From Myxococcota bacterium (GTDB lineage Bacteria > Myxococcota_A > UBA9160 > JAFDDA01), in contig OZ245817.1 in NCBI GenBank assembly GCA_965228475.1, positions 4,896,001-4,960,000 of the forward strand: 64,000 nucleotides of DNA, written 5' to 3'. This document shows positions 1 to 14,479 of this stretch, in pieces. The notes below the pieces were generated by a model. The model had not been told where the DNA came from. It saw nothing but the letters and a program-made list of their open reading frames with translations, and ran no database searches. The position numbers and the translations under genes were made by a program. Numbering within the stretch: position 1 is the first letter of the stretch; each line of letters begins with the position of its first letter.

Positions 1-448
1 CGAGCTGTCCGAAGGGCGTCGCCAGCGCCGCGGGCAGCCCCGGCTGGTTCCGAACCAGCGCGACCTTCCGCGCGCCGGGCGCGTTCGAGTCGCGGTACTC
101 CTTGAGCTCGTAGCGCGAGAGCGTCCCTCCGACGGACTGGAGATCCACCTCGACGAGATCCGTCGTCACCGTGACCGTGCGGGCCTCGGCGGGGCGGGCG
201 CTCGGCGGCGCCGAGGGCGGAGCCGAACCGAAGGGCGCTTCCGTCTCCGTCGCCGCGGGAACCGGCGCCGGCTCCCAGGCCGGCAGCGCCCCGCCGGGCG
301 GGGTCGCGGCCTCGGGCGCCTGCGCGGCCTCGAGCGGCGCGGACGCAGCCGGGTCCTCGACCAGGGGGTCGGGCTTCGGCTGCAGAGACATCCACAGCGT
401 GATGACCATCATCGAAAGCGCGAAGGCGAGGAGGAAGTTCCGGTCCAA
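1..448 (-). CDS. yidC: Membrane protein insertase YidC, 5' part (runs off window)
   Basis: Manual translation from TTG at 448: MDRNFLLAFALSMMVITLWMSLQPKP..., the typical YidC N-terminal TM segment; lies downstream of rnpA-yidD. Confidence 0.85.
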   Translation of the reverse strand, partial: MDRNFLLAFALSMMVITLWMSLQPKPDPLVEDPAASAPLEAAQAPEAATPPGGALPAWEPAPVPAATETEAPFGSAPPSAPPSARPAEARTVTVTTDLVEVDLQSVGGTLSRYELKEYRDSNAPGARKVALVRNQPGLPAALATPFGQL

Positions 449-460
449 AGTTCGCTCGGT

Positions 461-715
461 TCAGGGGACGGGGTCGAGCCCGCCCTCATGGAAGGGGTGA
501 CAGCGCGCGATTCGCCGGGCAGAGAGCCAGCCGCCCCGCACGGGGCCGTGGCGTTCCACGGCCTCGGCGGCGTAGCTCGAGCACGACGGGTAGAAGCGGC
601 AGCTCGGCCCGAACAGCGGCGAGAGCGCGAGCTGCCAGAATCGGATGCCGAACAGGAGCAGCAGGGTAAGGCCCCGCTGGAGAAGGTTTTTTCGCTCCGG
701 AGCCGGCGCGCTCAC
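461..715 (-). CDS. yidD: Membrane protein insertion efficiency factor YidD
   Basis: [11 protein letters not shown]...[17 protein letters not shown] signature; synteny. Confidence 0.95.
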   Translation of the reverse strand: MSAPAPERKNLLQRGLTLLLLFGIRFWQLALSPLFGPSCRFYPSCSSYAAEAVERHGPVRGGWLSARRIARCHPFHEGGLDPVP

Positions 716-1110
716 GAGATCTTCTCGAGCAGCTGGCCGCCGAGCGCGTCGAGGTCCGAGCGCAGAGCCGCGGAGTCCAGGCCGGCGGCCGAGGCGCGAG
801 CGATCACGACCCAGTCGAGCCCGCCGGTCTCCCGGAGGCTTCCCTCGCGGAACCAGCTGCGAAGCCGCCGCTTCACGCGGTTGCGGACGACCGCGTTCCC
901 GACCCGCTTGCTCACGGTCAGACCGATCCGCGCTGCTTCACCGAGTTCACCAAACGACGTTTCATCCCGAGGAGCCGCGAGCAGCACGAAATGACGCGAA
1001 GACGCACGGCGCCCCCGCTTCGAAACACGTCGGAAATCTCGACTGGCGCGGAGACGCCTCGCACGGCCGAAGTCCTGCGAGACGCCCGCTGCGGTGCCCG
1101 GGCCGGGCAC
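712..1110 (-). CDS. rnpA: Ribonuclease P protein component
   Basis: [24 protein letters not shown] (RNR motif); GTG start just after the rpmH stop. Confidence 0.93.
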   Translation of the reverse strand: MPGPGTAAGVSQDFGRARRLRASRDFRRVSKRGRRASSRHFVLLAAPRDETSFGELGEAARIGLTVSKRVGNAVVRNRVKRRLRSWFREGSLRETGGLDWVVIARASAAGLDSAALRSDLDALGGQLLEKIS

Positions 1111-1112
1111 GG

Positions 1113-1262
1113 CTACTTCGAGGGTACGGTCGCCGCGAGCCGCTTTCGGCCCTTGGCCCGCCGCCGCTTGAGAATGGCGCGGCCTGCACGGGTCTTCATG
1201 CGCGCGCGGAAGCCGTGGGTTCGCTTCCGCCGAATTCGGCTCGGCTGATAGGTTCGCTTCAT
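1113..1262 (-). CDS. rpmH: 50S ribosomal protein L34 (not in ORF track)
   Basis: Manual translation [49 protein letters not shown], 49 aa. Confidence 0.97.
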   Translation of the reverse strand: MKRTYQPSRIRRKRTHGFRARMKTRAGRAILKRRRAKGRKRLAATVPSK

Positions 1263-1651
1263 CGCTCGTCCGTCCTGAGGAGGGGGCCGCCCGAGGAGCA
1301 GGGAAGGATCGCAACTCCCGGGGCCACCGAAGGCGCGCGAGGGTAGCTAGCCGCCCCGATCCATGTCAACCGGGAGAGGCCAGTACAAACCCGTGTTTCA
1401 TCGCGGGATTTCCTCGGAGCAAAGCGGGCTTCGAAGCCCCCCAACGGGTTCTGACGGCCAAGGCCCATGGTAAGATCCACCCTGTTCCGGCGAGAGCCCG
1501 TCCCCCCTCCGCCGGGCAGATGGGGTGGTCTTGCGGACAGAGCGAAAGCATCGCCGTTTCCAACGGTTCGCTGCGTTTTGTCGCCGCTCGGACGGACCAC
1601 TACTCCCACTGACTTCCTTCATTGAAAAAGAAAGAACGGAGTAAGAGGGAG

Positions 1652-2776
1652 ATGAATCTTTCGATCAGCAAGCAGGAACTCCAGCGCGGTCTCGGTCGCA
1701 TCCAGTCGATCGTCGAGAAGCGCAATTCGATGCCGATCCTCTCGAACGTTCGCCTCGAAGCGGTGAAGGAGAAGTCCGGAGCCGCCTTGAAGCTCGCGGC
1801 GACGGACCTCGAGGTCGGCGTGCACAGTTCGCACGAAGCCCAGGTCAAGAAGGCCGGCGGTGTGACGGTCTCCGCGCGCAAGCTGCACGAGATCGTGCGC
1901 GAGCTTCCCGACGAGGACGTGAAGCTCGAGACCAGCGAGAACAACTACCTCGACATCGACTGCGCGCGTTCGCACTTCACGCTCGCGGGCACCGCGATCG
2001 AGGAGTACCCGACGCTGCCCGGTGCTTCGCCGAAGAAGATGATCCCGATGCAGGCGATCGTCCTCTCGCAGATGATCGACCGCACGATGTACGCGACCTG
2101 CGCGGACGAGACCCGTTACAACCTGAACGGCGTGTTCGTCGAGGTGCTCGCCGACGTCGGGAAGGTGCGGATGGTCGCGACGGACGGTCACCGTCTCGCC
2201 TGCGTCGATCGCGCCGTCGCGGAAGGCCTCGAAGACCTGCCGGCCGGCCTGATCATCCCGCGCAAGGGACTCGCCGAACTCAAGCGCCTCGTCGACGAAG
2301 AGGACGCGGACGAGGTCGAACTCGGCTTCGAGGGCAACAGCGGTCTCGTCCGCAAGGGCGACGTCACCCTCGCGATGCGGCTCATCGAGGGGGAGTTTCC
2401 GAACTATCGCCAGGTCCTCCCGAAGGAAGCCGGGCGTCGCCTCGCGGTGGCGGCCGAGCCTCTCGCCAAGGCGCTGCGCCGCGTGCACCTGCTCTCGAGT
2501 CAGCAGAGTCACGCGGTGAAGCTCGAGGTGAAGGAAGGCCAGATGGCGCTCTCGACGCGGAACCCGGATCTCGGCGAAGCGCGCGAGGAGATCGACGTCG
2601 ACTACGCCGGCGAGGAGGTCGAGATCGGCTTCAACGCGCGGTACCTGATGGACGCGGTCCAGGCGCTCGGCTCGAAGGAGATCATCCTCGGCCTCCAGGA
2701 CGGCCTCTCCCCCGTCGAGCTCCGCCCCGCGGACGACGACGAGTCGATCGCGGTCGTCATGCCGATGAGGCTCTAG
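1652..2776 (+). CDS. dnaN: DNA polymerase III beta sliding clamp
   Basis: ATDLE, DETRYNLNGV, VATDGHRL, GFNARYL and VVMPMRL motifs; GAGGGAG RBS before ATG 1652. Confidence 0.97.
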   Translation: MNLSISKQELQRGLGRIQSIVEKRNSMPILSNVRLEAVKEKSGAALKLAATDLEVGVHSSHEAQVKKAGGVTVSARKLHEIVRELPDEDVKLETSENNYLDIDCARSHFTLAGTAIEEYPTLPGASPKKMIPMQAIVLSQMIDRTMYATCADETRYNLNGVFVEVLADVGKVRMVATDGHRLACVDRAVAEGLEDLPAGLIIPRKGLAELKRLVDEEDADEVELGFEGNSGLVRKGDVTLAMRLIEGEFPNYRQVLPKEAGRRLAVAAEPLAKALRRVHLLSSQQSHAVKLEVKEGQMALSTRNPDLGEAREEIDVDYAGEEVEIGFNARYLMDAVQALGSKEIILGLQDGLSPVELRPADDDESIAVVMPMRL

Positions 2777-2828
2777 CCAGCCCAGAATGGGTTAAAAGAG
2801 CGCCATCTCGACATGATACTGTGTCGGG

Positions 2829-3890
2829 ATGTGGCGCTCTCTCGTGGTCATGCTCGTGCTGGTCGCATGGGTCCCGCACGTCTCGTCCGCCAGCGATGGA
2901 CGGATCGAGCTGAACCACGCCTGCGCCACCGGCGCCGGATGCCTCCCCGGAGATACCTCCGGCTACCCCATCACGATCGATCTTCCCGGTAGCTACGTCC
3001 TCACCGGGAATCTAATCGGTCCGGACCTCGACACGGACGTGGTCCAAGTCGGGGCTTCGGCCCGCGGCGTAAGCCTCCATCTGAACGGGTTCCGCATCTC
3101 CGGTCCGTTCCTCAGCTTCCGAACGGCGGGGCTCGGCAACGGGATCACGGTGGCGAGCCTCAGCGAAGTGCGGATCCACGGAGGCACGATCCGTGGCGTC
3201 GGTGGCTTCGGCATTCTCGGCGGGCCGGAGACCCGCGTGGATCGGGTGACGATCCAGGGAGTGGGACGGTCGGCCGTCGCGGGCAACGTCGGCTATGTCG
3301 GCCGAAGCTTCCTGCTCGACAGCCTCGAACTCGGGATCGATTTCCAGGGAACGAACGCCTCGACCGTCGTTGCGCAGACCGTCATGCGCGGAAACGACGC
3401 GGGCTCCTTCGACGTGCAGGGCGTCGTCGTGGAGCTCGGAGGCAACGCCTGCGACGATGGTCTTTGCGACCCTCAAGGACGCAAGAAGTTCTTCCTCACC
3501 CAAACACTCCACGCAGGCGACGAGGCACCCGAAGCGTGTGGTGCCGGCTACCACATGGCATCGCTGGTCGAGATCTTCAGCCCGTCGGGCTTCTTCTACG
3601 ACCGGCAGCGAGGCGTACGCTCCGCAGACAGCGGAGCGGGGCCTCCCAGCGGTCTCGACTTTCCGGAACGCGCGGCCTACGGCTGGATGCGAACGGGGTA
3701 CGTCGCGAACCCGGGCCTCGGCCCCGACAACTGCGAAGCGTATACGTCGAGTGAAGGCACCGGCCTTCTGATGGCCCTGCAAAGTCTCTGGGCGGTGGCG
3801 CCCGTCCCCGCATCGCCCTGGATCCAGATCACGGACGAGGCGGAGACGCTCTGCGAACGTCGACAGCTCGTCTGGTGCGTGCAGGACTGA
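2829..3890 (+). CDS. Secreted protein, beta-helix-like N region plus Cys-rich C-terminal domain (paralog 1)
   Basis: Signal peptide; GCxPGDxxGYPxTIxxPGSYVLT motif; ends VWCVQD; clearly homologous to the next ORF. Confidence 0.75.
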   Translation: MWRSLVVMLVLVAWVPHVSSASDGRIELNHACATGAGCLPGDTSGYPITIDLPGSYVLTGNLIGPDLDTDVVQVGASARGVSLHLNGFRISGPFLSFRTAGLGNGITVASLSEVRIHGGTIRGVGGFGILGGPETRVDRVTIQGVGRSAVAGNVGYVGRSFLLDSLELGIDFQGTNASTVVAQTVMRGNDAGSFDVQGVVVELGGNACDDGLCDPQGRKKFFLTQTLHAGDEAPEACGAGYHMASLVEIFSPSGFFYDRQRGVRSADSGAGPPSGLDFPERAAYGWMRTGYVANPGLGPDNCEAYTSSEGTGLLMALQSLWAVAPVPASPWIQITDEAETLCERRQLVWCVQD

Positions 3891-3902
3891 GGAGGTGAGC
3901 CG

Positions 3903-4976
3903 ATGAGAGTCGCGTCTCTGGCGCTGATCGCCTCGTTGACGGCCTTCGCGGTCCCCTCGAGCGGATCAGCGGAAACGGGCCGCTTCGAGATCCACGAGGC
4001 GTGCGCCACCGGCGCGGGCTGCTTCCCGGGAGATTCGGGTGGCTACCCGGTCACGATCCTGAACCCCGGAAGCTACGTCCTCACGAGCAACCTCTCGGCG
4101 CCCGATCTCCATACCGACGTGATCCAGGTGAACCTGTTCGGCCGAGGGGTCGACGTCGATCTCAACGGATTTCGCATCGGCGGGCCGCCGTTGGCCTACC
4201 GTAACCCGGGAACGGGGCACGGCGTTTCCGTCGCGCCGACGGCCGAAGCGAACGTCTCGAACGGAACCATCCGCGGGGTCGGCGGCTCGGGCGTGACCGG
4301 CGGGCCTGGAACCCGGGTCGAGAACGTGCTCATCGTCGGCGTGGGCCGGTCGGGCGTCGAAGGCTCCGTCGGCTACGTCGGCGACGCCACGCTGGCCGCG
4401 AACGTCGGCTATGGCCTCGATCTCGATGCTGGCGCGACCACGGCGATGGCCCGGACCGTGATACGTGGCAACAACCTCGGCTCCTTCGGCACCGATGGGG
4501 TCGTGGTCGAGCTCGGTGGCAACGGCTGTGAAGACTCGCGCTGCGACTCGATGGGCCGAAAGAAGTTCTACCTGACGACGGAGTTCTTCCGGGCCTTCGA
4601 GGCGCCGGGTGCCTGCGACGAGGGCTTCCACATGGCGTCGCTCTTCGAAATGATCGACCCCTCGGACCTCGTCTACGATGTCGGCCGCGGGACCGTCCAG
4701 GCGGACAGCGGCCTGGGGCCTCCTACCGGATCGCTCACGCTCAACCTGGGCTGGGTCCGGACCGGCTACTCCGCCAACCGGGTCGGGGACGACGGCCGTG
4801 GCAACTGTGAGGCGTACGCCGACCCGATGCCGGGCTTCTCGGACGTCGGAAGCGTCGTTTCGCTCCAGCCCTTCCTCGGTGCCGCCCGTGCGGTCTCCCC
4901 CTGGAGTACCTCGGGCGGCGGGCCCCCCGACGCCGAATGCTACGCGGACAATCGCGTCTGGTGCGTCCAGGACTAG
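3903..4976 (+). CDS. Secreted protein (paralog 2)
   Basis: GGAGG RBS; signal peptide; same motifs and same VWCVQD end as 2829-3890. Confidence 0.75.
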   Translation: MRVASLALIASLTAFAVPSSGSAETGRFEIHEACATGAGCFPGDSGGYPVTILNPGSYVLTSNLSAPDLHTDVIQVNLFGRGVDVDLNGFRIGGPPLAYRNPGTGHGVSVAPTAEANVSNGTIRGVGGSGVTGGPGTRVENVLIVGVGRSGVEGSVGYVGDATLAANVGYGLDLDAGATTAMARTVIRGNNLGSFGTDGVVVELGGNGCEDSRCDSMGRKKFYLTTEFFRAFEAPGACDEGFHMASLFEMIDPSDLVYDVGRGTVQADSGLGPPTGSLTLNLGWVRTGYSANRVGDDGRGNCEAYADPMPGFSDVGSVVSLQPFLGAARAVSPWSTSGGGPPDAECYADNRVWCVQD

Positions 4977-5071
4977 GCGGCATCCGAGAACGCCGGTAAA
5001 CAAGCAAAAATTCAATAACTCCCAGCCTTTACGCCAACTTCCGCTTGGATTACCCTCCCGGCCGGGCCTGA

Positions 5072-7558
<2,487 letters not shown>

Positions 7559-7580
7559 CGGCGGCGCAACCAAGGCGACC

Positions 7581-10154
<2,574 letters not shown>

Positions 10155-10243
10155 GCGAACCAGATTGAACGGACGCGAAGCCACCGCCGGCTGAGCGACC
10201 GGTAGAGGACGCCGCCGCCGATCGCGCGGCGGCGGGGGTTTGC

Positions 10244-11539
10244 ATGGCGCTTTCCCGATCGAAGAAACTCTTCAGCCGAGCGCGGCGCTCGATCCCCGGC
10301 GGGGTGAACAGCCCGGTGCGCGCCTACGGCTCCGTCGGCGGGACCCCTCCGTTCATCGAGCGCGGCAAGGGCGCCCGCCTCTGGGACGTCGACGGCAACG
10401 AGTACATCGACTTCGTCGGCTCCTGGGGGCCGCTGATCGTCGGCCACGCGAACCCGGGCATCCTGCGCGCGGTCCGCGAAGCCATGAAGAACGGCACGAG
10501 CTTCGGCGCGCCGACCGAACTCGAGGTGGAGCTCGCCGAGGCGATCTGCCGCGCCCTGCCCTCCGTCGACCGCGTCCGGATGGTGAGCTCCGGCACCGAA
10601 GCGGCGATGTCCGCGATCCGACTCGCCCGCGGCGCCACCGGCCGCGACCGCATCCTGAAGTTCGACGGCTGCTACCACGGCCACGTCGATTCGCTCCTGG
10701 TCGGCGCCGGGAGCGGCGTCGCCACGCTCGGCATCCCCGGCTCACCCGGCGTCCCCGCGGCCATGACCGAGCTCACGGTCCAGGCGCCCTTCAACGACCT
10801 CGAGGCCGTGGAGTCGGCCTTCCGCCGCTGGCCGGGCGAGATCGCGGCCGTCCTGGTCGAGCCGGTGGCCGGGAACATGGGCTGCATTCCCCCGGAGCCG
10901 GGCTTCCTCGCCGGGCTTCGCGCGCTCTGCACCGAGCACGGCGCCCTGCTCGTCTTCGACGAGGTGATGACCGGCTTCCGCGTGGCCTGGGGCGGTGCCC
11001 AGCGCCACTACCGGGTGAAGCCCGATCTGACCTGCCTCGGGAAGGTCGTCGGGGGCGGCATGCCCGCCGCGGCCTACGGCGGCCGCCGGGACCTGATGGC
11101 CCAGATCGCCCCGGACGGCCCCGTCTACCAGGCCGGGACCCTCTCCGGGAACCCGCTGGCGATGGCGGCGGGGCTCGAGACCCTGAACCAGCTCCAGGCC
11201 CCCGGGGCCTACAAGGCCCTGGCGGCCCACTCCCGGACCCTCGCCGAGGGGCTCGACGGCCTCGCCCGGGAGATCGGCGTCGAGTTCTCGACGGCCCACG
11301 TCGGCGGCATGTTCGGGTTCTTCTTCCACCCCGGCCCGGTGCGGAGCTTCGAGGACGCGAAGAAGGCCCACATCGGCCGCTTCCAGAAGTTCTTCGCCTC
11401 CATGCTCGAGCAGGGGGTCTACCTGGCCCCGTCCGCGTTCGAGGCCGGCTTCACCTCCCTGGCCCACCGCCCCCGCGACCTCTCCCGGACCCTCGAGGCC
11501 GCCGAAGTGGCCCTCCGGAAGGCCGCCCGTGTCCGCTGA
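10244..11539 (+). CDS. hemL: Glutamate-1-semialdehyde 2,1-aminomutase
   Basis: [30 protein letters not shown]. Confidence 0.97.
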   Translation: MALSRSKKLFSRARRSIPGGVNSPVRAYGSVGGTPPFIERGKGARLWDVDGNEYIDFVGSWGPLIVGHANPGILRAVREAMKNGTSFGAPTELEVELAEAICRALPSVDRVRMVSSGTEAAMSAIRLARGATGRDRILKFDGCYHGHVDSLLVGAGSGVATLGIPGSPGVPAAMTELTVQAPFNDLEAVESAFRRWPGEIAAVLVEPVAGNMGCIPPEPGFLAGLRALCTEHGALLVFDEVMTGFRVAWGGAQRHYRVKPDLTCLGKVVGGGMPAAAYGGRRDLMAQIAPDGPVYQAGTLSGNPLAMAAGLETLNQLQAPGAYKALAAHSRTLAEGLDGLAREIGVEFSTAHVGGMFGFFFHPGPVRSFEDAKKAHIGRFQKFFASMLEQGVYLAPSAFEAGFTSLAHRPRDLSRTLEAAEVALRKAARVR

Positions 11540-11547
11540 CCCCGGCC

Positions 11548-11607
11548 CTCGGACCCGCCCGTGTGTGCCCGAATCTTGCTGGGGGGCTCGGACCCGCCCG
11601 TGTGTGC
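11548..11607 (+). repeat. Two copies of a 21-bp direct repeat (CTCGGACCCGCCCGTGTGTGC), 39-bp period
   Basis: Copies at 11548-11568 and 11587-11607, between hemL and the atp genes. Confidence 0.9.
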
Positions 11608-11685
11608 AGAGCTTTCGTTGAGCGCGGCCCGGCGACGGGCTAGTGTCTCCGCGCCTGCAGCGCCCGCGGAGCGAGCGCCTGCGGC

Positions 11686-11979
11686 ATGAATCGCAACACC
11701 GAGAAACTCGACGGCGAGAGCGGTCGGAACGAACCCAACCCGCCGAGGCGATCGACGCGGCGGATGGGCCGGGCCTACCAGGCTGCTTTCGAAGCGGTCA
11801 TCGCGGTGGTGGTGGCGGGAGCCGCCGGCGGTTGGGCCGACCAGCGCTTCGGAACGGAACCGTTCCTGCTGCTGGCCGGCGTGATCTTGGGTTTCGGAAC
11901 CTTCGTCCTGCGGCTGGTGCGGCTCATGAACGAGCTGGCGCCGAAGTCCGAAGGTGAAGACGACGAAGCGAAGAAGTAG
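11686..11979 (+). CDS. AtpZ/AtpI-family F0 accessory protein
   Basis: Two TM segments, GGWADQRFGTEP motif; first gene of the F0 operon. Confidence 0.8.
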   Translation: MNRNTEKLDGESGRNEPNPPRRSTRRMGRAYQAAFEAVIAVVVAGAAGGWADQRFGTEPFLLLAGVILGFGTFVLRLVRLMNELAPKSEGEDDEAKK

Positions 11980-11994
11980 GGGAACGAGCGAAGC

Positions 11995-12450
11995 GTGGGT
12001 CTCGACCGCACGGAACAGCTGAACTGGACGATCGCCGGCGGCGCGCTGGCGACCTCGGCCGCATTGGCTCCGGCGCCGTTCACCCTGAGCATGGCCCTCG
12101 GCGTCGCCCTCGAGGCGGTGAACTACCGCGCCCTGCGGCGCTCGACCGAGCTCTTCTTCAGCGGCCAGCTCCAGGGCTCGAAGGCGTGGAGCGCCGGGTT
12201 CGGCATGCGCTTCGCCTTCCTGGCCCTCGCCATGACCGTGGCGATCGGAGCCGGCGTGCACCCCGTCGGCCTGGTGATCGGCCTTTCGACGATCGTTCCG
12301 GCGGTCGTGATCGCCGCCCTCGGCAAACGACCGACCAACAACTACGCCGCCGTTCCGGGCCCGGGCCCCGACGACCCGAGCTGGGACGAGTGGAATGCGT
12401 GGACGGCCAGCGAGCGCACGCCCACGGACGACGAGGAAGAAGACCGTTGA
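11995..12450 (+). CDS. atpI: ATP synthase protein I-like membrane protein
   Basis: Four hydrophobic segments; sits between atpZ-like gene and atpB. Confidence 0.7.
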   Translation: MGLDRTEQLNWTIAGGALATSAALAPAPFTLSMALGVALEAVNYRALRRSTELFFSGQLQGSKAWSAGFGMRFAFLALAMTVAIGAGVHPVGLVIGLSTIVPAVVIAALGKRPTNNYAAVPGPGPDDPSWDEWNAWTASERTPTDDEEEDR

Positions 12451-13142
12451 GCATCTACGACCCGCTCATTCACGCCGGCATTGCCCGCGTCTTCCAGGCT
12501 GCCCTGCTGGTTTCGCTCCTGATCGTGGGTCTCGGCTTCATCGTCCGGCGCCAGCTCGCCGCGGCCAACGGCGGCATCATCCCCGACGAGGGCGTCACGG
12601 TCCGCAACGTGGTCGAGCTGATCGTCGACGGCCTCGCCGGCCTCGCGCGCGAGAACATGGGCGAGGACTGGCGCCGCTGGTTCCCCCTCGTCGGCACGAT
12701 CTTCTTCTTCATCCTGATCTCGAACCTGCTCGGCCTCGTCCCCGCCGTCGGCGGCCCGACCGACAACGTGAACACCACCGCCGGATGGGCGCTCCTCTCG
12801 GTGCTCGTCTCCGAGTACGCGGGCCTGCGCAAGCACGGCATGAAGTACGTGGACCACTTCCTCGGGCCGCGCTTCGGCAAGAGCCACTTCCCGGCGCTCT
12901 TCTTCATCTTCATTCCGCTCGAGCTGATCGGCCACGTCGCGCGCGTCGTGACCCTGGCGATCCGGCTGCTTGCGAACATGTTCGCAGACCACACCCTGGT
13001 CATCATCTTCCTGGGGCTCGTGCCGATCGCCATCCCGGCGATCTTCCTCGGCCTCGGAGCCATGGTTTCCATTCTTCAGGCCTTCGTGTTCGCGTTGCTC
13101 ACGATGGTCTACATCGGCTTGAACATCGAAGACGCGCATTAG
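12447..13142 (+). CDS. atpB: ATP synthase F0 subunit a
   Basis: SNLLGLVP, LAIRLLANM (essential Arg), LQAFVFALLTMVYI; TTG start overlapping the previous stop. Confidence 0.95.
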   Translation: MSIYDPLIHAGIARVFQAALLVSLLIVGLGFIVRRQLAAANGGIIPDEGVTVRNVVELIVDGLAGLARENMGEDWRRWFPLVGTIFFFILISNLLGLVPAVGGPTDNVNTTAGWALLSVLVSEYAGLRKHGMKYVDHFLGPRFGKSHFPALFFIFIPLELIGHVARVVTLAIRLLANMFADHTLVIIFLGLVPIAIPAIFLGLGAMVSILQAFVFALLTMVYIGLNIEDAH

Positions 13143-13186
13143 CTCGTCGGGTTCGGTCAAGACACAACAAGGAGAGACATTCCGTC

Positions 13187-13504
13187 ATGCGCAACCTCGC
13201 CAAGATCTTCGCCTGGGCCCTCGTGGGCGTTCTTCTTCCCGCCGTCGCTTCGGCTGCCGACCCGGCCGCCGCGGGTGATTCGAGCTGGGGCTATGCCCTC
13301 GGCGCCGGCCTCGCCATCGGCCTCGCCGGTCTCGGCTGCGGCATCGGCCAGGGCCTGACCGCGGGCAACACCACCGCCGGCATCGCCCGCAACCCCGGCG
13401 CCGCGGGCGACATGAACACGCCCTTCATCCTCGGGATGGTGCTCATCGAGTCCATCGCGATCTACGGTCTGCTGATCGGCCTGCTGCTGGTGTTCAAGTT
13501 CTAA
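13187..13504 (+). CDS. atpE: ATP synthase F0 subunit c with N-terminal extension
   Basis: GxGxGxGQG, IARNP loop, ion-binding E in LIESIAIY; AAGGAG RBS. Confidence 0.95.
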   Translation: MRNLAKIFAWALVGVLLPAVASAADPAAAGDSSWGYALGAGLAIGLAGLGCGIGQGLTAGNTTAGIARNPGAAGDMNTPFILGMVLIESIAIYGLLIGLLLVFKF

Positions 13505-13526
13505 GCTCCCGCACAAGCACCGACCG

Positions 13527-13568
13527 AAGACGCCTCCGTCGCTCCGCGCCGGGGGCGTCTTGCTTTTC
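13527..13568. terminator. Probable bidirectional intrinsic terminator
   Basis: AAGACGCCTCCG ... CGGGGGCGTCTT stem followed by GCTTTT on the + strand. Confidence 0.7.
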
Positions 13569-13735
13569 CGCCCCTGCCGTTCCGAGGAGGTCCCGGGTGG
13601 AAGTCATCGGCGCGGCCTCACCCCGTTCGTAAATTCCGCACCGACAAACCAGACCCCCACCCGGGCGCCTCGGACCCACCGCACCCCCGGTCCCGTTAGA
13701 GGGGTGTTGGGCGGGCGACGCCAACGCGTCTTGCT
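13527..13735 (-). ncRNA. Candidate sigma-54-dependent small RNA (~200 nt)
   Basis: Sigma-54 promoter immediately upstream, long nested hairpin 13582-13673, ends in the atpE-side terminator; no convincing ORF. Confidence 0.5.
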
Positions 13736-13745
13736 CCGTCGAGAG

Positions 13746-13761
13746 AGCAACCCGCATGCCA
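13746..13761 (-). promoter_or_regulatory. Sigma-54 (-24/-12) promoter
   Basis: Minus strand TGGCATGCGGGTTGCT, one mismatch to TGGCACGNNNNTTGCW with correct GG-N10-GC spacing. Confidence 0.7.
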
Positions 13762-13870
13762 GGCCTGGGGTCGGGAAGGGTTCGCCGGGAAGTCCGCCGA
13801 TCGCCTAGTGTTTCGCGTCGATCGCGCCCGGCCCGCTCGCCGCGGGAGGACGGCGCGGCACGGAGGGCGT

Positions 13871-14473
13871 GTGAATCCAGGGTTCCTGATCGCGTTGGAG
13901 GGGGTGGACGGCAGCGGGAAGAGCACCGCCGCCGCGGGCATCGCCCGCGGGCTGCGAAGCGACGGCCACGAGGTCGTCGAGACCCGCGAACCCACCGACG
14001 GCCCCTACGGCCGCCGCATCCGCGAGATGGCGCGCTCCGGCGAGACCGTCGCCCCCGAGGAGGAGCTCCGCTGGTTCCTCGAGGATCGAAGCGAACATGT
14101 TCGCAAAGTGATCCAACCCGCCGTGGATGAAGGGAAAGTCGTGATCACGGATCGCTACTTCCTCTCCACGGTGGCCTACCAGGGCGCGCGCGGCCTCGAC
14201 TGGCATGCGCTGCTCGAGGAGGCGGAGGCCCGTTTCCCCATCCCGGAACTCGCACTGATCTTCGAGATCGACCCGTTGGCGGGGCTCGCGCGCACGGCGG
14301 CGCGGGGGGGCGTCGCCGAACCGGCCTTCGAGGAGGCGACCTTCCTCTCCCGGGTGGCCGCGGTCTACGAAGCGATCGACCGGCCCTGGGTCGCCCGCAT
14401 CGATGCCTCGGCCGCGCCGGACGAGGTCGTCGAGGCGAGCCTCGCCGTCATCCGGGAGCGCTGTCCGAACTGA
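13871..14473 (+). CDS. tmk: Thymidylate kinase
   Basis: LEGVDGSGKST, TREP, TDRYFLSTVAYQG. Confidence 0.95.
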   Translation: MNPGFLIALEGVDGSGKSTAAAGIARGLRSDGHEVVETREPTDGPYGRRIREMARSGETVAPEEELRWFLEDRSEHVRKVIQPAVDEGKVVITDRYFLSTVAYQGARGLDWHALLEEAEARFPIPELALIFEIDPLAGLARTAARGGVAEPAFEEATFLSRVAAVYEAIDRPWVARIDASAAPDEVVEASLAVIRERCPN

Positions 14474-14479
14474 GAGCGC

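Noticed and set aside
2829..4976. Diversity-generating retroelement targets
   Set aside because: No reverse transcriptase or template repeat in the window; differences between paralogs are not confined to adenines.
11548..11607. CRISPR array
   Set aside because: Only two repeats, an 18-bp spacer and no cas genes.
11686..13504. Missing F1 and b-subunit genes as an anomaly
   Set aside because: Split F0/F1 operons are normal in deltaproteobacteria and Myxococcota.
13494..13757. 87-aa minus-strand ORF
   Set aside because: Its ATG lies inside the sigma-54 promoter, there is no RBS or recognisable motif, and it runs through the terminator.
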